Translations under genes and position numbers: made by a program
Notes under the pieces: generated by a model
Database searches by the model: none
What the model saw: the letters and a program-made list of their open reading frames with translations, nothing else
Told to the model about the DNA's origin: nothing
Assembly: GCA_964464895.1 (NCBI GenBank)
Contig: CAYXGY010000005.1
Span: forward strand, 15,061 to 79,060
Source: an uncultured Helicobacter sp.
GTDB taxonomy: Bacteria > Campylobacterota > Campylobacteria > Campylobacterales > Helicobacteraceae
Direction: 5' to 3'
Length of the DNA: 64,000 bases
Shown: positions 20,237-28,829 of the stretch, piece after piece
How positions within the stretch are numbered: position 1 is the stretch's first letter
Layout: each line of letters begins with the position of its first letter

Positions 20237-21325
20237 ATGCCACGCACATTAAAAGCACTTAAAATTGGAAAATACACTATTCCTTTACCTATCATTCAAG
20301 GAGGAATGGGAGTAGGAATCAGCTGGGATAATCTAGCGGGCAGTGTATCTAAATGCGGTGCTCTTGGCATTGTTTCGTGTGTAGGCACAGGATATTACAA
20401 AAAGAGCGCATTTGTGCAAAAAGTAGTTAAGCATAGACCTTTTGATACATTGAATTTTTATTCCAAAGAATCTTTGATGGAGATTTTTAAAAATGCGCGT
20501 AAGATTTGTGGCGAGAATCCTTTGGGAGCAAATATTCTTTATGCGATTAATGAATATGGGCGCGTAGTCCGAGACGCTTGTGAAGCAGGTGCAAATATGA
20601 TTATTACAGGTGCTGGATTACCCACAAATATGCCAGAATTTACAAGTAACTTCCCTAATGTTGCCTTGATTCCTATTGTTTCTTCAGCCAAAGCCCTCAA
20701 GATTCTTTGTAAGCGATGGGAGGGACGTTATAAACGTATTCCTGATGCAGTTATTGTAGAAGGACCGCTTAGCGGTGGGCATCAAGGGGTTAGTTATGAG
20801 GATTGTTTTAAGCCCGAATATCAGTTGGAAGTTATTGTTCCTGAAGTGCTTGAGGAGAGTAAAAAATGGGGAGAGATTCCTGTGATTGCCGCAGGTGGGA
20901 TTTGGGATAGAAATGATATTGATAAAATGCTAGATTTAGGGGCAAGTGGAGTGCAAATGGGGACACGGTTTTTGGGGGCTAAGGAATGTGATGCTAGATA
21001 TTATAATGAACTAATGTTAAGAGTCAAAAAAGAAGATATTGAGCTGATAAAATCTCCTGTTGGTTATCCCGCACGTGCCGTGATTACAGGTATCATTAAA
21101 GAATTGCGTGAGGGACGTCTCCCAAAAATAGCTTGTATAAGTAACTGCGTAGCTCCTTGTAAAAGAGGTGTAGAAGCCAAAAAGGTAGGATATTGTATTG
21201 CTGATGGTTTGGGAGATGGTTATTTGGGGGATTGCGTGAATGGATTATATTTCACAGGCTCTAATGGCTATCGGATTGAAAAAATCCAAAGCGTTCAAGA
21301 AATCTTAGACGAATTAAGCCAATGA
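20237..21325 (+). CDS. nitronate monooxygenase / FabK-like FMN oxidoreductase
   Basis: IIQGGMGVGIS and a TIM-barrel FMN-binding pattern (AAGGIWD, VQMGTRF). Confidence 0.75.
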   Translation: MPRTLKALKIGKYTIPLPIIQGGMGVGISWDNLAGSVSKCGALGIVSCVGTGYYKKSAFVQKVVKHRPFDTLNFYSKESLMEIFKNARKICGENPLGANILYAINEYGRVVRDACEAGANMIITGAGLPTNMPEFTSNFPNVALIPIVSSAKALKILCKRWEGRYKRIPDAVIVEGPLSGGHQGVSYEDCFKPEYQLEVIVPEVLEESKKWGEIPVIAAGGIWDRNDIDKMLDLGASGVQMGTRFLGAKECDARYYNELMLRVKKEDIELIKSPVGYPARAVITGIIKELREGRLPKIACISNCVAPCKRGVEAKKVGYCIADGLGDGYLGDCVNGLYFTGSNGYRIEKIQSVQEILDELSQ

Positions 21326-22536
21326 TTAGAGTTTTTATTATTTTTTGCTTATTTTGTGGCGGATTATTCGCAGAGGTTAAAATTCTCTCGGTTCAACAAC
21401 TGCAAAATGGTATTGCATTGAATTTTGATAAAAATATTAAGAAAACAGATTTTAAGTACTTTTTGTTGCAAAACAAAGAAAAATTGCGCTATGTTTATGA
21501 TATAGAATCACAACTACAAGGGAGTGCTAGGGTTTTTGAATTTCAAGGAGATGTGCAGATTAAGGTTGCACAAAATTCTCAAGAAAAAGTGCGTTTAGTC
21601 ATCACGAGTTCCAAGAAATTAAGCATTGATTTAAAGACGAATAAAAAACAAGCAGTCTTTACGATTCCTAATGCAAAGTTGCCTCAAAGTGATTTTTCTA
21701 TTGCTTCACTTTTTGAACCGCGAGTTTCTGATAAAAAACTTTCATTAGAATCGCAAAATAAATCAAGTCCCAAGCCCATAGAATCCCAAAAAACAAATAC
21801 TAAAAAAGAAGAAAAGAAACCACAACCAATCAAAGTCACTTCCAATCAAAATAAAAATAATCAAAGCAAAATGATAGTGATTGACCCCGGACATGGAGGT
21901 AAGGATTGTGGAGCAATGGGCGTCGATAAAGTGTGCGAAAAAAAGATAGTGCTTAATATCGGAAAGCATTTGCGTGACGAATTAAAAAAGCGCGGTTATA
22001 GGACTTATATGACACGCGATAAAGATGTGTTTATTGGATTGAGACAAAGGACAAATTTAGCCAACAATAAAAATGCCGATTTATTTATTTCAATTCACGC
22101 AAATGCGATTCCAGAAAATAGAGCAAAATTTGAGGGTGTGGAGAGTTATTTTTTATCCACTGCTAGAAGTGAGCGAGCCAAAAAGGTTGCCGCATTAGAA
22201 AACAAAGACGATACGGAGGGAATGAACTATTTTTCCAAACAATCTTTTTTGAATACCCTCAATACACAACGAATCGTAGCTTCTAATCGTTTGGCAATTG
22301 ACATTCAGTATGGTATGTTGCAATCCTTGCGTTCTAAATATAAAATTGTAGATGGGGGTGTGCGTGAGGGTCCCTTTTGGGTGCTTGTGGGGGCTGTTAT
22401 GCCTTCAGTTTTGCTTGAAGTGGGCTATATTACACACCCAAATGAAGGAAAGCGACTGAATCAAACGACTTTTCAGAAAACTATTGCCAAAGGTATTGCC
22501 GATGGCGTAGATGGCTATTTTCAAAAAAATCCTTAA
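21322..22536 (+). CDS. amiA: N-acetylmuramoyl-L-alanine amidase (Amidase_3)
   Basis: VIDPGHGGKDCGA and SIHANA motifs. The start overlaps the upstream stop in an ATGA junction. Confidence 0.85.
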   Translation: MIRVFIIFCLFCGGLFAEVKILSVQQLQNGIALNFDKNIKKTDFKYFLLQNKEKLRYVYDIESQLQGSARVFEFQGDVQIKVAQNSQEKVRLVITSSKKLSIDLKTNKKQAVFTIPNAKLPQSDFSIASLFEPRVSDKKLSLESQNKSSPKPIESQKTNTKKEEKKPQPIKVTSNQNKNNQSKMIVIDPGHGGKDCGAMGVDKVCEKKIVLNIGKHLRDELKKRGYRTYMTRDKDVFIGLRQRTNLANNKNADLFISIHANAIPENRAKFEGVESYFLSTARSERAKKVAALENKDDTEGMNYFSKQSFLNTLNTQRIVASNRLAIDIQYGMLQSLRSKYKIVDGGVREGPFWVLVGAVMPSVLLEVGYITHPNEGKRLNQTTFQKTIAKGIADGVDGYFQKNP

Positions 22537-22539
22537 AGG

Positions 22540-23379
22540 TTGATAATGCGAAAAATCACGATTCCTCATTTAGTATTTTCCTCTCTCTATTTCATCTTGG
22601 CACTTTTTACTATTTTAATGTTGGCATTGACGAGTTTTGCTCCAGACTTTAAGCATATGTTTCGGCTAACCACGCAACCCTTTGGCGTATATTTTGGAAT
22701 CAGTGCAATCTTACTCACTTGTGGCGTCATTGTGAGCCTTTTTAATATTGTGCGCATTTATTATAGTCATTTACCAAAATTATACAGCTTGATGATTGGT
22801 TTGGCATTATTGGTGTTCGTATTTTTGCTCTATTACGAGCTTTTTGTAATGCGCAGGACTTATTTTGAACCTTTTTCGTTTGAGGATTCTTTGAAACTCG
22901 TGCAAGAAGATACCTTTTCTAAAAGCTTGTATCAAATGTTTGTGGATTATACTTGCTATATTCTTTTTGTGATTTGTCCCGCAGCAACTTATTTATTGAA
23001 TCTTTCTTTTGATAAAAGTATCAAGCTTGGCAAAATCTTGCAACTCACGCAACCAAGCTTTAATGTAATGGTAAGCGTTTTATTTGGTTTTGCTGTTTCA
23101 CCCTTTTTTAAAAGTGGCGTAATGGGATATTTTGATTTAGTCTTATTGATTTTGGGAATTGGATTAATATTATATTGCTGTGTCAAGAGAAATAGATATG
23201 TTGATTCTTATGAGTTGTTTAACTTATTTTTGCTTTTGGTCTGTGTAATTATTATTATGTTTTCTTCTCATAGTTTTGTTGATGGCGAATCGTATTTTGA
23301 GGTGCGCAAGGCATTTTATGCGTTAGTTTTATTTGGTTGGTGTAGCGTGTGGATGATGAAGCTTACGATTCGGCGTTAA
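22540..23379 (+). CDS. polytopic membrane protein of unknown function
   Basis: 279 aa with at least 7 hydrophobic segments. Confidence 0.5.
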   Translation: MIMRKITIPHLVFSSLYFILALFTILMLALTSFAPDFKHMFRLTTQPFGVYFGISAILLTCGVIVSLFNIVRIYYSHLPKLYSLMIGLALLVFVFLLYYELFVMRRTYFEPFSFEDSLKLVQEDTFSKSLYQMFVDYTCYILFVICPAATYLLNLSFDKSIKLGKILQLTQPSFNVMVSVLFGFAVSPFFKSGVMGYFDLVLLILGIGLILYCCVKRNRYVDSYELFNLFLLLVCVIIIMFSSHSFVDGESYFEVRKAFYALVLFGWCSVWMMKLTIRR

Positions 23380-23432
23380 GTTTGATTTTAAAATTTCTTT
23401 GTTAGAATAAATTAATTTAAAAAGGAGGATAA

Positions 23433-23498
23433 ATGCAATCAAGTTGTAAATTTATTCTCTCTTTTATCTTCGCTATTTGGTGGGGCAATCGCCCCTAA
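23433..23498 (+). CDS. candidate trp leader peptide with tandem Trp codons (not in ORF track)
   Basis: AGGAGG, 4 nt, then ATG. Reads [21 protein letters not shown], with TGG TGG at 23478-23483. It ends 50 nt before trpB. Confidence 0.4.
   Translation: MQSSCKFILSFIFAIWWGNRP
23482..23495 (+). terminator. attenuator/terminator-like GC hairpin overlapping the end of the leader ORF
   Basis: GGGGC-aatc-GCCCC followed by TAATTTTTATTCTTCTTTC. The 5' arm overlaps the second Trp codon. Confidence 0.35.
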
Positions 23499-23548
23499 TT
23501 TTTATTCTTCTTTCTCATCTTTCGCATTTTTATTTTAAAGGATATTTA

Positions 23549-24751
23549 ATGAACAAGCCTTATTTAAAGCAATTTCCAGACGAAAATGGGTTCTTTGGAA
23601 AATTTGGAGGAAGTTTTGTGCCAGATTCTATTAAGCAGGCAATGGACGAAATCAATGTAGCTTATAATTTGATTGCACAAAATAGTGATTTTATTGTAGA
23701 GCTTCGTAAGATTCGGGAAACTTTCCAAGGACGTCCAACGCCAATTTACTTTGCACATAATTTGACAAAAAAATATGGTGGTGCAGGAATTTATTTGAAA
23801 AGAGAAGATTTAAATCACACCGGTGCGCACAAATTAAATCATTGTATGGGGGAGGCACTGCTTGCGAAGTTTATGGGTAAAAAGAAACTGATTGCAGAAA
23901 CGGGAGCAGGGCAGCACGGAGTGGCTTTGGCGACAGCAGCAGCATATTTTGGATTGGAGTGTGAAATCCATATGGGAGAAGTGGATATTAAAAAAGAACA
24001 CCCTAATGTAGTGCGTATGAAGGTCTTAGGTGCAAAAGTGATTCCGGTTACCTTTGGTGCAAAAACACTTAAGGAAGCGGTGGATTCCGCCTTTGAATCT
24101 TATTTAAAAGACCCTAAAAATACGATGTATGCGATAGGTTCTGTCGTAGGTCCTCACCCTTTTCCTAAAATGGTGCGAGATTTTCAGGCAATTGTAGGTG
24201 TGGAATCGCGTGAGCAGTTTTTAAAAATGACGGGGGAACTTCCTGACATTGTGTGTGCTTGTGTGGGAGGTGGAAGCAATGCGATGGGAATCTTTAGCGG
24301 CTTTATTGAAGATGCAGTAGAACTTGTGGGTGTTGAGCCTCTGGGTAAGGGAAGTGGGTTAGGAGAACACGCGGCATCTTTAAGCTATGGAAGTGAGGGC
24401 ATTATGCACGGATTTAAATCTATAATGTTAAAGGATAAAGGTGAAGAACCAGCTCCTGTGTATAGTGTCGCAAGTGGTTTGGATTATCCAAGCGTGGGAC
24501 CAGAACACGCGTATTTGTATAGCATTGGACGCACAAAAGTCGCAACAATTAGTGATAAAGAAGCCATTGATGCGTTTTTTATGCTTAGCAAAAATGAAGG
24601 GATTATTCCCGCCATTGAATCTAGCCACGCATTAGCTTATGCTCTCAAAATTGCTCCAGATTTGAAAGGGAAAAAGATTCTAGTGAATTTAAGCGGTCGC
24701 GGAGACAAAGATATAGACTTTGTCGTAGAAAATTTTGGTTATGGGGAGTGA
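23549..24751 (+). CDS. trpB: tryptophan synthase beta chain, stand-alone
   Basis: [18 protein letters not shown] (PLP lysine) and GGGSNAMG motifs. Start trimmed to MNKPYLKQF, with AAGGA upstream. Confidence 0.9.
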   Translation: MNKPYLKQFPDENGFFGKFGGSFVPDSIKQAMDEINVAYNLIAQNSDFIVELRKIRETFQGRPTPIYFAHNLTKKYGGAGIYLKREDLNHTGAHKLNHCMGEALLAKFMGKKKLIAETGAGQHGVALATAAAYFGLECEIHMGEVDIKKEHPNVVRMKVLGAKVIPVTFGAKTLKEAVDSAFESYLKDPKNTMYAIGSVVGPHPFPKMVRDFQAIVGVESREQFLKMTGELPDIVCACVGGGSNAMGIFSGFIEDAVELVGVEPLGKGSGLGEHAASLSYGSEGIMHGFKSIMLKDKGEEPAPVYSVASGLDYPSVGPEHAYLYSIGRTKVATISDKEAIDAFFMLSKNEGIIPAIESSHALAYALKIAPDLKGKKILVNLSGRGDKDIDFVVENFGYGE

Positions 24752-24813
24752 TGAGGAATCGCTATTTTTGCGATTCCCTACAACCACACAAATAAGCTCT
24801 TTGGTTTTGCATT

Positions 24814-24919
24814 ATCGTGAGTGTTAGCGAAGCAATCTATAATACAGAATCGCGTCAGTAACTTTTAAGATTCTATTGTTATGGATTGCTACGACTTCTA
24901 ACGAAATCTCGCAATGACG
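24814..24919. repeat. REP/MITE-like imperfect palindromic intergenic element
   Basis: Left arm ..CGTGAGTGTTAGCGAAGCAATC pairs with right arm GGATTGCTACGACTTCTAACGAAATCTCGCAATGACG. The half-site TTAGCGAAGCAATCTATAAT recurs as TTAGCCGAAGCAATCCATAAT at 12335-12354. Confidence 0.5.
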
Positions 24920-25096
24920 CAGTGGAATACTTTCGTGAGATTTTAGGCTAAACACACATTGTAAAGCAATTTCTATACTTGCGAACCGCTTGGGGCTTTA
25001 GGCAGATACTGCGAAGCGGTTTGCGGGGGAGTTGCCTATGCACACCGCACTTATAAAATAAAACTTAGAATCTTACCCTTGTAATATTGGGATTTA

Positions 25097-25957
25097 CTAC
25101 TTGAGTGTATTATCTCTTAATGTTTTAGAAAACTCTAAAAGATTCTCACTCCAAGGGATTTGCAGTGGCGAAAAGAATCCAAGTTGCGCACCGCTTTCTT
25201 TTGCGATAAATTCTGCGGCTTTGGTAGAAAACTCTGGTTGGGCAAAAATTATCTTAAGTTTATTTTTTTTGATTGTTTCAATCACAGATACCATTTCCTG
25301 TATTTTCGGGCTTTTCCCCTCAATCTCAATTGCAATTTCTTCTAAATGATAATCTCTAGCAAAATATCCGAGCATTGGGTGGAAAACTACAAACTTTTGG
25401 TGTTCTTCCAAGGAACTTAAAATCTGCTTGAGTTGTGTATCGGTTTGGTTGATTTCTGTGATTAAATCTTGATAGCCCTTTGCATAGTCTGCCTTTGGGT
25501 CTAATGTTTGTAAAGCTTTATAAATATTGCTCGCAATTTGTTTGGCATTTTGCGTGGAGAGCCAAATATGCGTGTCCCCCTCCGCATCAAAATCCTTATC
25601 ATTTTTTGTGTGCGAATGAGAGGAGTGAATCTTTGGGATTCCTAAACTATTATCATAAATTTCCATTGTTTTGTTTTGTGCTTTAAATCGTGGAAGCCAG
25701 ATATTTTCAAATTCAATTCCAATACCAAAATAGGCTAGCGCAGAATTAAGGCTTGCAATATCTGAAAATTTTGGCTCAAAATCGTGAGGATTAATACCAG
25801 ATTGAATCAAGGAAAGCACTTCATATTGATTCCCTGCAATTTTTTGCACAAATTCTTGCTGCATAGGAATACTTACGACAATAATTTGTCCCGGTTCTTT
25901 GCAAAATGCAATTTGACTTAAGAGTAGCAGAATCCAAAATACATTTTTCACTATCAA
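25097..25957 (-). CDS. metal (Zn/Mn) ABC transporter substrate-binding protein, ZnuA/TroA family
   Basis: 286 aa with a signal peptide and a His/Asp-rich loop (HSSHSHTKNDKDFDAEGDTHIW). Confidence 0.8.
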   Translation of the reverse strand: MIVKNVFWILLLLSQIAFCKEPGQIIVVSIPMQQEFVQKIAGNQYEVLSLIQSGINPHDFEPKFSDIASLNSALAYFGIGIEFENIWLPRFKAQNKTMEIYDNSLGIPKIHSSHSHTKNDKDFDAEGDTHIWLSTQNAKQIASNIYKALQTLDPKADYAKGYQDLITEINQTDTQLKQILSSLEEHQKFVVFHPMLGYFARDYHLEEIAIEIEGKSPKIQEMVSVIETIKKNKLKIIFAQPEFSTKAAEFIAKESGAQLGFFSPLQIPWSENLLEFSKTLRDNTLK

Positions 25958-26024
25958 TCCTTTTAGTAATTATTAAATTTTTTTGGGATATTATTATATA
26001 TTAATTATTTTTTTTTGCAAATGC

Positions 26025-26101
26025 GCGTTCATAGCTCAATTGGATAGAGCATCAGACTTCGGATCTGAGGGTTGGGGGTTCGACTCCCTCTGAGCGTACC
26101 A
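26025..26101 (+). tRNA. tRNA-Arg (anticodon TCG)
   Basis: Hand-folded cloverleaf: GCGTTCA/TGAGCGT acceptor, D arm GCTC..GAGC, anticodon loop CTTCGGA, T loop TTCGACT, encoded ACCA. Confidence 0.85.
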
Positions 26102-26149
26102 CTACAACTTCTTAACATTTATCAATCTAACAATATAAAAGGCTAAATT

Positions 26150-26836
26150 ATGGATTTAGGCGCATTAGAAATAGAAATCAAAGAGGGCTTAAAAACTTTA
26201 GAAAATTTAGAAAATATCATTACAATTTTTGGTGGAGCGCGTATTAGCAAAGCGAGCAAGGATTATCAGTCGGTTGTGAAGTTGGCACGAAAACTTGCAG
26301 CGGAGGGTTACTCTATTATGACAGGTGGCGGACCCGGGATTATGGAGGCAGCGAATCGTGGGCTTGTAGAGTATAAAAAAGACTTAGAATGTGGTAAGTT
26401 TGGCAAAAGTCAGCCTTGCAATTCTGAAGATTCAAAGACGAATCCTCCAAGCAATTCTATCGTCTCTATTGGCTTAAATATCAGACTGCCTTTTGAGCAG
26501 CAGATGAATCCTTATGTGGAAGTGCCACTAGAATTTCAAAATTTCTTTAGCAGAAAATTAGTTTTCAATTATAATTCTACTGCATTTATTGTGGCAGTTG
26601 GAGGGTTTGGAACTTTAGATGAACTAAGCGAAGTTTTGGTGCAGATTGCCACAGGCAAGCACAAAAAGATTCCGATAATTCTCTATGGTAAAGATTATTG
26701 GAGAGGATTTATCCAATGGTTAAAAAATGCAATGTTGAAAGTCGGTGCAATCTCTAAAGAAGAATTAAAATTAATCCAAGTTGCAAATAAACCCAAACAG
26801 GTTTTACAGATTTTAAGAAATTATCAAAAGAAATAA
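26150..26836 (+). CDS. LOG-family (TIGR00730) nucleotide phosphoribohydrolase
   Basis: GGGPGIMEAANRG and VGGFGTLDELSE motifs. Confidence 0.8.
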   Translation: MDLGALEIEIKEGLKTLENLENIITIFGGARISKASKDYQSVVKLARKLAAEGYSIMTGGGPGIMEAANRGLVEYKKDLECGKFGKSQPCNSEDSKTNPPSNSIVSIGLNIRLPFEQQMNPYVEVPLEFQNFFSRKLVFNYNSTAFIVAVGGFGTLDELSEVLVQIATGKHKKIPIILYGKDYWRGFIQWLKNAMLKVGAISKEELKLIQVANKPKQVLQILRNYQKK

Positions 26837-26843
26837 TTCTGTA

Positions 26844-26933
26844 TTAAAACACAGGGTTATTTAAGCCATACATCATAAAAAGCACCATAAATGCAGCAAA
26901 AATTCCAAGCAATAAAGGGATGAACTTTGACAT
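26844..26933 (-). CDS. 29-aa hydrophobic mini-ORF (not in ORF track)
   Basis: Reads MSKFIPLLLGIFAAFMVLFMMYGLNNPVF: a single TM, with AAGGA 6 nt upstream of the ATG. Confidence 0.3.
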   Translation of the reverse strand: MSKFIPLLLGIFAAFMVLFMMYGLNNPVF

Positions 26934-26949
26934 ATTTTTCCTTAAAAGA

Positions 26950-28146
26950 ATGAAAATGAAAGATTTAGCATACAATAAAAGACCTAAAAGTTTTCAAGAC
27001 TTTATTGGGCAATCACATCTTTTTGGAGAAAATGCACCTTTTATGCGTCTTATTTTGACACATAAGATTCCGCATAGCTTTTTTTTCGGACCTCCCGGAA
27101 GTGGCAAGACAAGTGCGGCAATTCTGATTGCTAAAACAATGGATTCTCCCTTTTATTCTTTGAATGCTACGAGTTTTAAGGCAGAGGATTTGCGTGGAAT
27201 TTTGAAAAACTATCAAAATACCCTACAAAAACCCCTAATTTTCATTGATGAAGTGCATCGCTTAAATAAAACACAACAAGAAATGCTTTTGCCCATTATG
27301 GAAAATCATCAGGCTTTATTTTTAGGTGCTTCCACAGAGAATCCCTATTTTGCACTCACTCAAGCGATTCGTTCGCGCTCTATGGTATTTGAATTTTATC
27401 CTTTAAGCAAAGAAGATTTAGAGAAAATTTTAGAATCCTATTCACTCAATGCGGAGGTGAAAGACTTCCTGATTCAAACGAGTGGCGGAGACGCTAGGGC
27501 AATGTTGAATTTGTTAGATTGTGCATTAGCCACAAAGCTACCTTTAAATGTGGAATTATTAGAGTCTTTTCGCAAAACTTCATTGAGCGGCACGAGTGAA
27601 TTAGATACGCATTATAACCTTATTTCCGCGATGATTAAGAGTATTCGGGGAAGTGATGAAAATGCAGCCATTTATTATCTTGCGCGTTTGATTGCAGGAG
27701 GAGAGAATCCAGAGTTTATTGCGCGCCGCCTCGTAATTTTAGCGAGTGAAGATATTGGTAATGCTAACCCCAATGCGCTCAATTTGGCTAATTCTACAAT
27801 GCAAAGCGTGGCAAAAATTGGCTATCCTGAGGCGAGAATTATTTTAGCACAATGTGTCATTTATCTTAGTTGCTCTCCTAAATCCAATAGTGCCTATCAA
27901 GCAATTGATAATGCAATATCTTATGTAAAGAAGCACCCAAATGAGCCGATTCCACCGCATATTTTACAATTTCATAAAAACTACCTTTATCCTCATAATT
28001 TTGGGGGTTGGGTGGAGCAAAAATATTTGGATAAAGATTTAGAATTTGTGCAATGGCTTCCTAAGGGTTTTGAGAAAACCTTGAAAGAATGGCTAGACAA
28101 AATCAAGGGAAAAGCAAATAACCCTAAGGTAGAATCGGAAGAGTAA
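26950..28146 (+). CDS. rarA: replication-associated recombination protein A (AAA+ ATPase RarA/MgsA)
   Basis: Walker A GPPGSGKTS, Walker B IFIDEVHR and a MgsA C-terminal domain (AIYYLARLIAGGE). Start trimmed to MKMKDL. Confidence 0.85.
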   Translation: MKMKDLAYNKRPKSFQDFIGQSHLFGENAPFMRLILTHKIPHSFFFGPPGSGKTSAAILIAKTMDSPFYSLNATSFKAEDLRGILKNYQNTLQKPLIFIDEVHRLNKTQQEMLLPIMENHQALFLGASTENPYFALTQAIRSRSMVFEFYPLSKEDLEKILESYSLNAEVKDFLIQTSGGDARAMLNLLDCALATKLPLNVELLESFRKTSLSGTSELDTHYNLISAMIKSIRGSDENAAIYYLARLIAGGENPEFIARRLVILASEDIGNANPNALNLANSTMQSVAKIGYPEARIILAQCVIYLSCSPKSNSAYQAIDNAISYVKKHPNEPIPPHILQFHKNYLYPHNFGGWVEQKYLDKDLEFVQWLPKGFEKTLKEWLDKIKGKANNPKVESEE

Positions 28147-28820
28147 TGAGAATCACGAATAGTTATGAATTGTTAGAGTATCTTAAGTCCCAAAATTTAT
28201 TACCAAACATAGACAAAAACATTTCCACAGCAAAGCTAGAATCTCTCAAAGAGATTTGGTGGTGGCCCAATGCTTTGAGCTTCGAAGTAATTGTTGGGGC
28301 GATTTTGGTGCAAAATACGCGTTGGGAGCAAGTTTTTGTCGCACTTGAGGGATTAAAAGTCAAAGGTTTGTTGGATTTGGAATCTCTGAGTGAAGTTTCA
28401 TTGGTTCTTTTGCAAGATTCAATCCAAAACATTGGATTTTATCGTCAAAAAGCAGTGAGAATCCAGAGGATTTGTCAGAATATTTTAAAGGATTTTGGGG
28501 ATTATGCAAGCTTTTGTGTGCAAGTTTCAAGACAATGGCTCTTAAGTCAAAAAGGGATTGGCTTAGAAACTTGCGATGCGATTTTGTGCTATGCTTTGGG
28601 AAGAGAAGTGATGGTCGCAGACCGTTATGCTTATAAATTACTCCAAACTTATGGCTACACTTTAGAATCTTATGAGGATTTGCAGGATTGGTTGCAGGGT
28701 GGAGTGATACAAAATTATGATAAAGTTTGCGCACTTTATGGCTTTGAAATCCCTGTAAATCTACTATTTGCAAGATTTCACGGAAAGATTGTAGAATATT
28801 GTAAAAATCATAAAATTTAA
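28146..28820 (+). CDS. HhH-GPD superfamily DNA glycosylase (endonuclease III-like, MagIII-type)
   Basis: 224 aa with a helix-hairpin-helix (LLSQKGIGLETCDAILCYAL) and no C-terminal Fe-S Cys cluster. Confidence 0.65.
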   Translation: MRITNSYELLEYLKSQNLLPNIDKNISTAKLESLKEIWWWPNALSFEVIVGAILVQNTRWEQVFVALEGLKVKGLLDLESLSEVSLVLLQDSIQNIGFYRQKAVRIQRICQNILKDFGDYASFCVQVSRQWLLSQKGIGLETCDAILCYALGREVMVADRYAYKLLQTYGYTLESYEDLQDWLQGGVIQNYDKVCALYGFEIPVNLLFARFHGKIVEYCKNHKI

Positions 28821-28829
28821 GGAAAGATT

